64,000 nucleotides of DNA from an uncultured Acidobacteriota bacterium (GTDB taxonomy: Bacteria; Acidobacteriota; Thermoanaerobaculia; Multivoradales; UBA5704): the NCBI GenBank assembly GCA_963755825.1, contig CAVWLA010000003.1:1088940-1152939 (forward strand), given 5' to 3'. The notes below the pieces were generated by a model. The model searched no databases, had not been told where the DNA came from, and saw nothing but the letters and a program-made list of their open reading frames with translations. Both the position numbers and the translations under genes were made by a program. The first letter of the stretch is position 1, and the number at the start of each line of letters is the position of its first letter. Positions 1 to 8,656 of the stretch are shown here, in pieces.

Positions 1-597
1 GGCCGAGAGCCAGGTGAGGATGAGCGGCACCCGCTTGGTGAAGCGATAGTTGAGGAAGGTGCCGGCGCAGACGAGGATGAGCGGCAGCAGCCAGTCGCCG
101 GTGGGATGGAGGTTCTCGGTGAACATGTAGGGCATCGAGATGCCCACCCAGTGGAAGCAGAGAAGGGTGACCGCGATGCCGAAGTTCGAGGGGTTGAGGA
201 AGTGGCGATAGCGGCCGCCGACCTTGAGGCGGAAGACGTACTTCGAGGCGATGGCGACGGCGGCGCCGAAGGCGACCGGCAGGAAGCGTGCGTTGGTGTA
301 GAGGAGCATGCCGACGGCGAGCGCGGTGATGTGGGCGGGGAGGAGGAACTCGACGAAGCCCTTGAAGCCGCCGTCCAGGAAGCGCGGCCGGCGCCCCTCC
401 CGCCAGGCCTCCGCCGACTCGAGGGTCAGCTCGGTCAAATAGGCCGCGGCGAGGGCGACCAGCGGGTGCGCATAGGCCTGCTCGAAGCCGAAGAGGGTGT
501 GACCCAGCACGTTGAAGACCGTGATGGCGGTGGCGAAGCGCCACAGCGCGGCCAGGCGCATGTCCTTCCTGGGAACCTCTGTCTGGATACGCTCCAT
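1..597 (-). CDS. Integral membrane protein, 5' part only; the gene runs off the window start. Possibly UnbU-like, the membrane partner of DUF1702/UnbV proteins.
   Basis: Reverse-strand ORF starts at the ATG whose complement is at 595-597, immediately after the stop of the FG-GAP gene at 600. My translation (MERIQTEVPRKDMRLAALWRFATAITVFNVLGHTLFGFEQAYAHPLVALAAAYL...) is hydrophobic with multiple predicted TM segments. It is not in the ORF track because there is no stop inside the window. Confidence 0.5.
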   Translation of the reverse strand, partial: MERIQTEVPRKDMRLAALWRFATAITVFNVLGHTLFGFEQAYAHPLVALAAAYLTELTLESAEAWREGRRPRFLDGGFKGFVEFLLPAHITALAVGMLLYTNARFLPVAFGAAVAIASKYVFRLKVGGRYRHFLNPSNFGIAVTLLCFHWVGISMPYMFTENLHPTGDWLLPLILVCAGTFLNYRFTKRVPLILTWLSA

Positions 598-599
598 GA

Positions 600-2576
600 T
601 CAACCCTCTCTTCCTTCCTGACCGAGCACCAGCGTGTGCCAGCCGGGCGCGAGGTCGAGCGTCAGATGGTGTACGGCGCCCCGGTCGTCCCGCCAGTGCA
701 CCTCGACGGGGACCTTCGCGGCGCGCAGGTGGCCGAGGCCGAACTGGAGGTCCGGGCTGCGCTTGCCGGAGTGGCCGTTGCCGCCGTCCACCTCGCCGAC
801 CAGGCGGCGGCCGTCCGGCAGGCGGACGTAGGCGGTGGCGCCGATGGCCGGGCGGCTGGGCGGGTCGTTGGCCGGGGTTCCGGCGTGCTCCTCGGTGACG
901 GCGACCTCGCGGCCGCCGACCGGCAACCGCAGGTGGAGGCCGACGAACGCCCCGGTGTTGGGGCTCGTATTGTGGAAGAAGTAGGACGAGTCCCACTGAT
1001 TGGCGACGGCGAAGTCCAGACGGCCGTCGCCATCGACGTCGGCGGTGGCGATGCCGCGGCTGACATGCTTCTCGTCCAGCCCCGCGATGTCGCCGGCGAG
1101 GTCGAAGTACCGCCCGCTCGCCGAGCGCACGAAGAAGGGGCAGCGCACGTGGCCGCTCAGGTCGTCGCCGGGGCGGAAGCGCGGCCAGCTCTGCGGGTTG
1201 TGGAGCGCGCGGTCGTTGGCCATGGCGAGCTCCTGCAGCTCCGGCCAGCGATCGACCGTGCCGCGCACGAAGCCGGTCGCCTGCAGGGCCTCGAGCACGC
1301 CGTCGTTGTTGAAATCGGCCAGGCGCGCCTCCCAGGAGAAGGCGCTGCGCGACAGGCCGAGGTCCTCGCTCTCATCGACGTAGGGGGCGATCCCCTGGCG
1401 CATCTTGCCCTGCTCGCCGGTGCTCAGGTAGGCGAAGTGGCTCTCCTCGAGGGCGAACTCGTTGGCGATGTTGCTCACGTAGATGTCGAGGATGCCGTCG
1501 CCGTTCAGGTCGCCGAAGTCCACTCCCATGCCCTTGAAGGAGTCGTGCCCCACCACCTTGGAGGTCGGGCTGGTGAGGGTCTTCCGCCCCTCGAGACGGG
1601 CGAACTCCAGATGGCCGGGGCGCGAGCGGTTGTGGAGCAGGCGGTCGGGGCCGAAGTCGTTGGCGATGTAGAGCTCGGGGAGCAGGTCGCCGTCGAGGTC
1701 GGCGGCGCCGATCGCCAGGCTCCAGCCGCGCGCCACCTCGCTGTCGAACACCCCCTTCGCCTCGTCGTAGCGCACCGTCGGCTCCCAGCCGGAGGTGCCG
1801 CCGTGGCCGAGGAAGATGTGCTTGAGGCCGCCGTTGTAGGCGCGCGACATGGAGTCCTGCATCTGCTCGGGATGGCGGCTGTCGGCGTCGATGACGCGGG
1901 CGCCGTCCTGGAAGTAGTTGCCGAAGACGAGATCGACGTGGCCGTCGCCGTCGAAGTCGGCCTGGGTGCCGACCGAGGTGTTCCAGAGATCCGGCCGCGG
2001 CAGCAGCTCGACGGCGCGGAACTGGTCCGCCGCCGGGGGTCCCTGCAGCCGGCCGCCGGGGAGAGTGCGGCGCAAGAAGAGGACCGGCGAGCGCCCCCAG
2101 TAGTAGACGAGGAGATCCTCGGCGCCGTCCTCGTTGAAGTCGCCGGCCATGCAGCCGGTGGGGGCCATGGTCTTGACGTCGTAGGGCAGCGGCGCGGCGT
2201 CGAGGACGAAGGGGGCATAGCGGTTGCCGGTGCCGGGAACCGGCGCCACCAGGACCTTGTCGACGCGCGGATCGACGATGCAGGCGTCGTTCGGCAGACC
2301 GTCGCCGTCGACGTCGCTGAGCGAGACCGCGGCGCCGATGGCCGACACCCACGAGGCGAGCTGGTAGAAGCTGGGATTGACCGCGCGGACGTTGCGCCCC
2401 TGTCCGCCGGGCAGCTCGGGCAGCATGGCGCGCTCGAAGCGGAAGCCCGCGGCGAGCGTCTCCCGCTCGGCCGTCGGCAGCGACGGCAGGCGCGCGAAAC
2501 CATAGAGCACGGTGACGATCACGATCGCCAGGAGCAGGGTGAGATTCTTCGCCAGGAAGCCCTCGATCGCCTTCAT
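600..2576 (-). CDS. FG-GAP / ASPIC-UnbV family repeat protein (CRTAC1-like beta-propeller with a C-terminal UnbV_ASPIC-like domain), N-terminal membrane anchor
   Basis: ORF 600..2984 trimmed to the internal Met (MKAIEGFLAKNLTLLLAIVIVTVLYGF = signal/TM). It carries repeated FG-GAP-like DxDGDG motifs (SDVDGDGLPN, ADFDGDGHVDLV, ADLDGDLLPELYIAND, GDLNGDGILDIYV, ADVDGDGRLDFAVAN). The 136 aa upstream of that Met in the ORF are Arg/Gly-rich junk. Confidence 0.8.
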   Translation of the reverse strand: MKAIEGFLAKNLTLLLAIVIVTVLYGFARLPSLPTAERETLAAGFRFERAMLPELPGGQGRNVRAVNPSFYQLASWVSAIGAAVSLSDVDGDGLPNDACIVDPRVDKVLVAPVPGTGNRYAPFVLDAAPLPYDVKTMAPTGCMAGDFNEDGAEDLLVYYWGRSPVLFLRRTLPGGRLQGPPAADQFRAVELLPRPDLWNTSVGTQADFDGDGHVDLVFGNYFQDGARVIDADSRHPEQMQDSMSRAYNGGLKHIFLGHGGTSGWEPTVRYDEAKGVFDSEVARGWSLAIGAADLDGDLLPELYIANDFGPDRLLHNRSRPGHLEFARLEGRKTLTSPTSKVVGHDSFKGMGVDFGDLNGDGILDIYVSNIANEFALEESHFAYLSTGEQGKMRQGIAPYVDESEDLGLSRSAFSWEARLADFNNDGVLEALQATGFVRGTVDRWPELQELAMANDRALHNPQSWPRFRPGDDLSGHVRCPFFVRSASGRYFDLAGDIAGLDEKHVSRGIATADVDGDGRLDFAVANQWDSSYFFHNTSPNTGAFVGLHLRLPVGGREVAVTEEHAGTPANDPPSRPAIGATAYVRLPDGRRLVGEVDGGNGHSGKRSPDLQFGLGHLRAAKVPVEVHWRDDRGAVHHLTLDLAPGWHTLVLGQEGREG

Positions 2577-3535
2577 ACGCTCACCTCGGTGGGGACGAAT
2601 GCCGACTGGATTCGGCGCCGCCAGATCTCGTAGACCGGCACGCCAGGTTGCTGCGGTTCGGAAGGCAGGTCGCGGCCCGCGGCGCGGGCGATCTCGGCGC
2701 AGGCGGCGGCCGATCGCCCGGTGAGGGCGGCGCAGACCATCTCGGTCTCCGGCGTCGGAATGCCGGCGAGGACCCTCGCCTCGGCGGCGAAGGCGACGCC
2801 CTGCGCCAGGTTTGCCGGGAAGGGCGCCGCCTCGCGGGCGAGCGCCTCGATCACCGGGCGGTCGACACCGGCGGCGTAGCAGGAGGCGAGGCCGACGCCG
2901 CTCCACAGGTCGGCGCGGCGCTCCGCCGGGAAGGTCGCGACCGTCCGCGCGATGCGCTCGGGCTCCGCCCCCTCGACGAACCACAGGCAGCGGCCGAGGC
3001 CTTGGTCGAAGGCGCTGCGCTCGTAGCCCTGGAAACGCCGCGGCACGTTCCTTCCGTCGACCGCATCGGCGGGATGGAAGAAGCCTTGGTGGAAGCCATA
3101 GCCGTCGATGGCGAGCATCCAGAGGACCGGCGCCAGCGCCTGGTCGTAGGGATCGAGGAAGCTGGCGGGCAGCCTCGCCATCGCCCAGCCGAGGCCGACG
3201 AGAGACATGTAGATGTGATTCGCCGCGGGGCCGGCGATGAACCGGCGCAGCCGATCGCGGCGCAGCAGGCTGAGACCGTCGAGGAGGGCGAGCGCCATGG
3301 CCGCGCCCTCGTAGGCGAAACCGCGAAAGTCGGGAGAGAGCTGATCGAGCTGCGCGCCGAGGCTGGCGAGATCGGCGGGGTCGTCGAGCGCGGCGTGATA
3401 GCCCTCGAGGAGCGAAGAGCCGATCCGCTCCACCCGCGCCCGGAAGGCGGGGCTGCCGCCGCGAAAGCCGCGCCTCGTGTAGGAGACTTCCTGGGGCGGG
3501 ACCCTGAGAGCGATCTTGAGCAGCTGCCGTTTCAC
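2573..3535 (-). CDS. DUF1702-like protein (enediyne-cluster 'UnbL'-type conserved protein of unknown function)
   Basis: 320-aa ORF with a 4-nt overlap (ATGA) onto the FG-GAP start, so the two are translationally coupled. It is soluble and Ala/Leu-rich. The family assignment is from memory of DUF1702 sequences, not a search. Confidence 0.5.
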   Translation of the reverse strand: MKRQLLKIALRVPPQEVSYTRRGFRGGSPAFRARVERIGSSLLEGYHAALDDPADLASLGAQLDQLSPDFRGFAYEGAAMALALLDGLSLLRRDRLRRFIAGPAANHIYMSLVGLGWAMARLPASFLDPYDQALAPVLWMLAIDGYGFHQGFFHPADAVDGRNVPRRFQGYERSAFDQGLGRCLWFVEGAEPERIARTVATFPAERRADLWSGVGLASCYAAGVDRPVIEALAREAAPFPANLAQGVAFAAEARVLAGIPTPETEMVCAALTGRSAAACAEIARAAGRDLPSEPQQPGVPVYEIWRRRIQSAFVPTEVSV

Positions 3536-3577
3536 CGGAGAGCCCGTCCTCGGCTGCCGCGTCGCAGCTGGGAAGAA

Positions 3578-3617
3578 CCCCCGCTTCCCACCACCGAGGC
3601 GGTGGGAAGCGGGGGGG
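3578..3617 (-). terminator. GC-rich hairpin (13-bp stem CCCGCTTCCCACC / GGTGGGAAGCGGG) about 40 nt downstream of the stop of the 3658..4575 gene; candidate intrinsic terminator
   Basis: The inverted repeat is read directly from the sequence. There is no clear U-tract, which is common in high-GC genomes. Confidence 0.3.
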
Positions 3618-3657
3618 AGGGTGAACGAAAGATCAGAGAGCTTACGACAGAGCCAGC

Positions 3658-4575
3658 TTAGTGATTGGCGGCCACTCTGTAGGAGTTGTCGGACAGCGGG
3701 ACGTGGCGAACCACCTCGCGGAAGTCGACAACACCGTTCTGCAGGACCGCGACCGCGCGGCCATTCGACATCAGGCGCACCGCTTCGGCCGTGATCGAGG
3801 CACGGTGACCGACCGGCGGGATGGTGTCGACGAGCGAGTACCAGAACACCTTGTGCTCGGTCTTCATGTTGAGGTTGAGGTTCGGCATATTGACCGCGAC
3901 GTTGACCGGCGTGGAGCAGTTCTGCATCACCGCGTCGGGGTCAGCCTGGTCGATCGGCTTGGCAGGCGCCTTGGTCTTCGTGGACGACTCGTCCTTGGAG
4001 ACGGGCGACTTCACGTTGTCCTGCTTGCGCGAGCCGATCTTGCCCGGGGCCGCGTCGTTCTTCTCCAGCTTCGCCATCAGCGCGCCGGTGACGAGCTCCG
4101 GGATCTGAATGCGACCGACCTGCCCGTAGGAAGGACGGTCCTTGTCGAGAGCCACGGTGACCGGGCCGAACAGCTTGCTGTCACCACGGAGATCCATGGC
4201 GACGAACTCGGTGTCCAGAACCGCCGTGCCCCACTTGAGCTCCTTCTCGCCCTCGGCCAGATACGGCTGGCCGTGACGAACCGCGATCCAGCCCGAGAGC
4301 TCGACCGTGTCGGTGCCGATACCGTCCACCGAGTAGGTCTCATGGAGCTTCGCCCGCATCACGTCGACACCCGCATTGGGCAGCTCGTACGGACGGATCG
4401 CCACCGGCTGCATCTCGGCGAGGCCCCGCATGCCCATGTGGTTCATGTCGTTGATCACCGAGGCGACCTTCTGCTGATCGGCCGCCGAGTGATCGGCGGA
4501 CGCCGCCGCCAAAGAAACCCAAGCCGCTACACAACCTACGACCACCAACAACGACAACAGCACACGCTTACTCAT
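3658..4575 (-). CDS. Secreted hypothetical protein (signal peptide MSKRVLLSLLVVVGCVAAWVSLAAASA); noticeably lower GC than its neighbours
   Basis: 305-aa ORF with a clean N-terminal signal peptide and no motif I recognise. Codon usage is AT-richer (e.g. atgagtaagcgtgtgctgttgtcgttgttg). It is followed by the hairpin at 3578-3617. Confidence 0.6.
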   Translation of the reverse strand: MSKRVLLSLLVVVGCVAAWVSLAAASADHSAADQQKVASVINDMNHMGMRGLAEMQPVAIRPYELPNAGVDVMRAKLHETYSVDGIGTDTVELSGWIAVRHGQPYLAEGEKELKWGTAVLDTEFVAMDLRGDSKLFGPVTVALDKDRPSYGQVGRIQIPELVTGALMAKLEKNDAAPGKIGSRKQDNVKSPVSKDESSTKTKAPAKPIDQADPDAVMQNCSTPVNVAVNMPNLNLNMKTEHKVFWYSLVDTIPPVGHRASITAEAVRLMSNGRAVAVLQNGVVDFREVVRHVPLSDNSYRVAANH

Positions 4576-5016
4576 AGGATCTCCCTTCCTTCGGGGAAGA
4601 GGTTACCGTGAGACATTTGCCGGGGCCACAGGCGACGGAAATGCCTCACGACACGGATGGAAACAGACACACTTCTGGAAGGCGAAGCTCCGACTGCTCT
4701 CTCACTCTCGTCACCCTCCCAACACGGTCAGGCGTCTTGGTTTCTTGCGACGGAGTATAGCACGCAGAGGGGCCCGTCAAGGGGGCGTCAAATTCATGGA
4801 AGTCACTTTAAGGGTTGAAGATGCGGTCAAGTGACGGTGTGCTCCGACGCTTGACCCGAAGGGTCGCCGGACGTATCATCACGGCCGATTTTCCAGGCTC
4901 CGGAACGGCTCGCAAAGCTGGCGCTCGAGAGGGGGCGAGGCACCTCTCGACGCGCGGCGAAAGGACTCGGGACCGCTGGGCTCGAATCCGCACGACGACG
5001 CCGGTCGAAGCCGCTG
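4576..5016. promoter_or_regulatory. About 440-bp AT-richer divergent intergenic region between the secreted-protein gene (minus) and the ACP/KS operon (plus); likely holds promoters for both
   Basis: No ORF with coding character is present. GC is clearly lower than in flanking coding DNA. I could not identify a convincing -35/-10 pair. Confidence 0.3.
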
Positions 5017-5286
5017 ATGTCGCTAGGATCGGGGCAGGAGAGGAGTGGTGTGGAAAAGAACGGGCTGGCGGGAAAATTGCGCGAAAGGTTGGCTCTGCTT
5101 CTGGAGATCGATCCCTCGGCCATCGCCGACGAGCATCCCTTCGCCGACCTCGGCGTCGACTCGATGATGCGCCTCGAGCTGGTGGCCCTGGTCGAGCAGC
5201 ACGTGGGAGAGGAGATCCCGGAGCGGGACCTGCCCACGATGCAGACGATCGGCGAGGTGATGCGCTACGTCGAGCTCCGTGGCTGA
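5017..5286 (+). CDS. Acyl carrier protein (phosphopantetheine attachment site DLGVDSM). The true start may be GTG 5050, preceded by GGAGAGGAG.
   Basis: The DLGVDSMMRLEL motif equals the ACP Dxx(D)SL helix-II serine motif. Size is 78-89 aa. It is immediately followed by the KS gene. Confidence 0.8.
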   Translation: MSLGSGQERSGVEKNGLAGKLRERLALLLEIDPSAIADEHPFADLGVDSMMRLELVALVEQHVGEEIPERDLPTMQTIGEVMRYVELRG

Positions 5287-6469
5287 GCCGGCGGCCGTCG
5301 CCGTCACCGGCTTCGGAGTCGTCTCCTCGATCGGGGTTGGAGCGGAGAGCTTCTGGGAGGCGGTGCAGGAGGGGCGGACCTCGGCGCGGCCGGTCAGCTC
5401 CTTCGCCACCGCCGGGCTGCGCAATCATTACGGCTGTGAGATCGACGAGTCGCTGCTCGCCGGCGCCGCCCATGCGGCACCGGCCGAGCTGCCGCGCGCC
5501 AGCCGGCTGGCGGCGACCGCGGCGTTGGAGGCGCTCGGCTCGGCCGGCCTCGAGCCCGCCGACGTCGACGGGCTCTACGTCGGCACCACCATGGGCGACC
5601 TCGCCGCCGTCGAGAGCTATCTCGGCCGCGAGGGCACCGCCGCCGGCCGCGAGGCGATCGCCGCGACGCTGGGGGTGCACTTCGGCGAGCGCATCGCGCG
5701 CGCCGTCGGCGTCCAAGGATCCACCCTCACCATCGCCACCTCCTGCTCCGCCGGCAACATCGCCATCTGCCGCGCCGCCGACCTGATCGCCGGCGGCGCC
5801 AAGACGCGGCTCCTCGCCGGCGGCGCCGACGCCTTCTCGTTCCTCGCCTTCATCGGCTTCTCGCGCATGCGCGCCATGGCGCCCGAGCGCTGCACGCCCT
5901 TCGCCGCCGAGCGGCGGGGGATGCTGCTCGGCGAGGGGGCGGCCTTCGTCGTCCTCGAGTCGCTCGCCGCGGCGCGCCGGCGCGGCGCCGCGGTGCATGC
6001 CGTCGTCCTCGGCTACGGCCTCTCCTGCGACGCCCACCACATCGCGACGCCGGAGACCAGCGGCCGCGGCGCCGCGGCCGCCATGACCCGCGCCCTCGAG
6101 CGCTCCGGCCTCGCCCCCGCCGACGTCGACTACGTGAGCGCGCACGGCACCGGCACGCCGGCCAACGATCTCGCCGAGTCGCGCGCCTGCCACGCCGTCT
6201 TCGGCGACCGGCTGCCCTACATCAGCTCGCTCAAGGCCCTCGTCGGCCACTCCCTCGGCGCCGCCAGCGCGCTCGAGGCGGTGGCCTCGGTGATGAGCCT
6301 CCGCGACCAGCGGCTGATCCCCGCCTGGCACCTCGATGCGGTGGACCCCGCCTGCGACGTGCCGCTGCCGCTGCCGGGGAGCGCCGACCTCGGCCGGCCG
6401 ATCGAGGTGATCCTCTCCAACGCCTTCGCCTTCGGGGGAAACAACTCGTGCCTGGCCCTGCGGCGCTGA
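5279..6469 (+). CDS. Beta-ketoacyl-ACP synthase (KS-alpha-like, condensing enzyme)
   Basis: The Cys-His-His triad is present: active-site Cys in IATSCSAGNIAI, His in SAHGTGTP, His in LVGHSLGAAS. It starts at GTG and overlaps the ACP stop. Confidence 0.9.
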   Translation: MAEPAAVAVTGFGVVSSIGVGAESFWEAVQEGRTSARPVSSFATAGLRNHYGCEIDESLLAGAAHAAPAELPRASRLAATAALEALGSAGLEPADVDGLYVGTTMGDLAAVESYLGREGTAAGREAIAATLGVHFGERIARAVGVQGSTLTIATSCSAGNIAICRAADLIAGGAKTRLLAGGADAFSFLAFIGFSRMRAMAPERCTPFAAERRGMLLGEGAAFVVLESLAAARRRGAAVHAVVLGYGLSCDAHHIATPETSGRGAAAAMTRALERSGLAPADVDYVSAHGTGTPANDLAESRACHAVFGDRLPYISSLKALVGHSLGAASALEAVASVMSLRDQRLIPAWHLDAVDPACDVPLPLPGSADLGRPIEVILSNAFAFGGNNSCLALRR

Positions 6470-7446
6470 CGACGTCGCCGCCCGCCGGCCGCTCGTCCAC
6501 CCAGGCGTGGCCGTCGCACGTCGTGGTGACCGGCTTCGGCGCCGCCCTGGAAGGCGAGCTGCCGGTGCCGCCGGCGCTGGCGGACCTGGTGACCCGGCTG
6601 CCGGTCGCCGGCATGGACCGCTCGATCGTCGACCGCTCGCCGGCCGCCGCGGCGCTCATCGCCGCCATCGCCCGTGCCATCGCCCACCCGCGCGCCGGCC
6701 GCCTGCCGCCGCCCGAGGAGCGGGCGATCGTCGTCGGCACCGGCGCGGCGGCGCTCAACGAGGTCATCTGCTTCCTGAACGAGACCCTGGAGGTCGGCCC
6801 CAACCTGGTCAACCCCGGCCTCTTCCCGTTCACCGTCATCAACGCCGCGGCCGGCATCGCCGCCATCGAGCACTGCTTTCGGGGACCCAACCTGACGCTC
6901 AGCAACGGCGGCACCTCGGCGCTCGAAGCGATCGCCTACGCGGCCGATCTGGTCGCCTCCGGGCAGGCCACGGTGGCGCTCGCCGGCGGTTTCGAGGGCT
7001 TGAGCGCGCGCGTCGGCGAGGCCCTCGCCCGCACCGGCCCGCCGGTCTCCATCGCCGCGGTGTGGATGGTGACCACCCGCGAGCACGCCGCGGCGATGGG
7101 CGGCCTCCCCGCGGCGCGCATCCTCGCCTTCGGCGCCGGCGAATGGCCGGAGCTCGAGCCGGCCGCGGCGGCGGCGGAGATGGCGCGGACGGTGGTGGCA
7201 GCGGCCTCGGCGCTCGCCGGCGGCGCCGGCGCGGCGCCGCTCCTCGCCGCGGCCAGCCCCGAGCTCGGCCTCCTCGCCCTCATCGGCGCCGTCGAGCGGC
7301 TGGCGAGCGGCGAGCTGTCGGCAGAGCAGTCCGGAGCGCGGTCCGAAGATCAGCCGGCCCACCTCCTGCCGGTGGTCGCCGCCGGAGAGTCCCGCGGCAG
7401 CGCGGCGGCCCTGGCGCTGGCGCCGGCCGGAAGCGGGCGGCCGTGA
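6448..7446 (+). CDS. KS-like protein lacking the active-site Cys (chain-length-factor / KS-beta-like partner)
   Basis: It has a thiolase-fold N-terminus (HVVVTGFGAAL). At the position of the KS Cys it reads LSNGGTSALEAI, so Cys is replaced by Gly. It overlaps the KS gene by 22 nt and the DH gene by 4 nt. Confidence 0.75.
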   Translation: MPGPAALTTSPPAGRSSTQAWPSHVVVTGFGAALEGELPVPPALADLVTRLPVAGMDRSIVDRSPAAAALIAAIARAIAHPRAGRLPPPEERAIVVGTGAAALNEVICFLNETLEVGPNLVNPGLFPFTVINAAAGIAAIEHCFRGPNLTLSNGGTSALEAIAYAADLVASGQATVALAGGFEGLSARVGEALARTGPPVSIAAVWMVTTREHAAAMGGLPAARILAFGAGEWPELEPAAAAAEMARTVVAAASALAGGAGAAPLLAAASPELGLLALIGAVERLASGELSAEQSGARSEDQPAHLLPVVAAGESRGSAAALALAPAGSGRP

Positions 7447-7895
7447 CCGGCCGCGAGCTCATCGCGCTCCTGCCGCATCGGCCGCCCATGCTGCTGCTCG
7501 AGGATGCCGAGACGGAGGGCGACCGCGCTCTCGTCGCCCACCAGACGATCGCCGCCGAGAGCCCCTTCCTGGCCGGCCACTTCCCGGATTTCCCGGTCTG
7601 GCCCGGCGCCCTCCTCCTCGAGGCGATGGCGCAGACCACGGCGATCTACCTCCTCAGCACCCGCGACGGCCTCCGCGAGGGCGAGGTCCCGGTGCTCGGC
7701 GCCGTCGACTGCCGCTTTCTCCACCCGGTCTTCCCCGGCGACCGCATCGAATATCGCTCCGAGCTGGTGCGCCGCATCGGCGACCTCGGGCTCTTCCAGG
7801 TGACCGCGAGCCGCGGCGGCGAGGTGGTGGCGCGCGGGCGATTTTCGGCCGGACTCACCCAGCGCTCCGGTCTGACCGCTAAGATCTCGCCGTAG
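7443..7895 (+). CDS. 3-hydroxyacyl-ACP dehydratase, FabZ/FabA-like hotdog fold
   Basis: LPHRPPMLLLED...AGHFPDFPVWPGALLLEAMAQT matches the FabZ catalytic-His motif. GTG start overlaps the CLF stop (GTGA). Confidence 0.85.
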   Translation: MTGRELIALLPHRPPMLLLEDAETEGDRALVAHQTIAAESPFLAGHFPDFPVWPGALLLEAMAQTTAIYLLSTRDGLREGEVPVLGAVDCRFLHPVFPGDRIEYRSELVRRIGDLGLFQVTASRGGEVVARGRFSAGLTQRSGLTAKISP

Positions 7896-8642
7896 ATGCT
7901 CTTCAGCGGACAGCGGGCCCTGGTGGTCGGCGCCAGCGGCGCCATCGGTCGCGCCGTCGCCGAGGATCTCCTCGCCCAGGGCTGCGACGTCGCCCTCACC
8001 TTCCACCGCCACAGCGACCTCTCGGCGCAGCTCGTCGCCCAGGCCGAGACGCTCGGCCGGCGCTGTTTCGCCTACGCCCTCGACGTGCGCGATCCCGCCG
8101 CCGTCGCCGCGATCTGCCAGCGCGCCGCCGACGACCTCGGCGCGCCGCCCTCGCTCCTCGTCAACACCGCCGGCATCCTCCGCGACCGGCCGCTCGGCCA
8201 GCTCGAGCCGGACGACTGGCGCGACGTCCTGGAGACCAACCTCTTCGGCGCCTTCTACCTGATCCGCCAGGTGGCGCCCTTCATGATGCATCACGGCGGC
8301 GGCCGGATCGTCAGCGTCGCCTCGGTCTCCGGGCTCTTCGGCCAGCCGGGGCAGGCGAACTACGCGGCGTCCAAGGGCGGCGTCATCGCCATGACCCGCG
8401 CCCTGGCGCGCGAGCTGGGGCCGCTCGGCATCACCGTCAACGCGGTGGCGCCGGGCCTCGTCGACACCGAGATGACCTCGTCGCTCTCGGCGGTCGTCAA
8501 GCGCCAGTTCCTGCAGCGCATCCCGCTGCGCCGCTTCGCCACCCCGGCGGACATCGTGCCGGTGGTGCGCCTGCTGCTCTCCGCCGAGGCGAGCTACATC
8601 ACCGGCCAGGTGCTGGTGGTCGACGGCGGCCTGACCTGCTGA
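7896..8642 (+). CDS. 3-oxoacyl-ACP reductase (FabG-like SDR)
   Basis: Rossmann motif GASGAIGRAV, NAG motif, catalytic YAASKGG (YxxxK). 248 aa. Confidence 0.9.
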   Translation: MLFSGQRALVVGASGAIGRAVAEDLLAQGCDVALTFHRHSDLSAQLVAQAETLGRRCFAYALDVRDPAAVAAICQRAADDLGAPPSLLVNTAGILRDRPLGQLEPDDWRDVLETNLFGAFYLIRQVAPFMMHHGGGRIVSVASVSGLFGQPGQANYAASKGGVIAMTRALARELGPLGITVNAVAPGLVDTEMTSSLSAVVKRQFLQRIPLRRFATPADIVPVVRLLLSAEASYITGQVLVVDGGLTC

Positions 8643-8656
8643 CGGCGCCGGCGGCC

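Noticed and set aside
4808-6331. 507-aa minus-strand ORF overlapping the ACP/KS genes, and similar long antisense ORFs at 8594-9922, 15827-18133, 18529-20862, 20703-22634 and 47244-49805 upstream extensions
   Set aside because: All sit opposite or upstream of genes with strong motif support, and their translated products are Arg/Gly/Pro-rich repeats. The true beta-propeller and FG-GAP genes were trimmed to the internal Met followed by a signal peptide.
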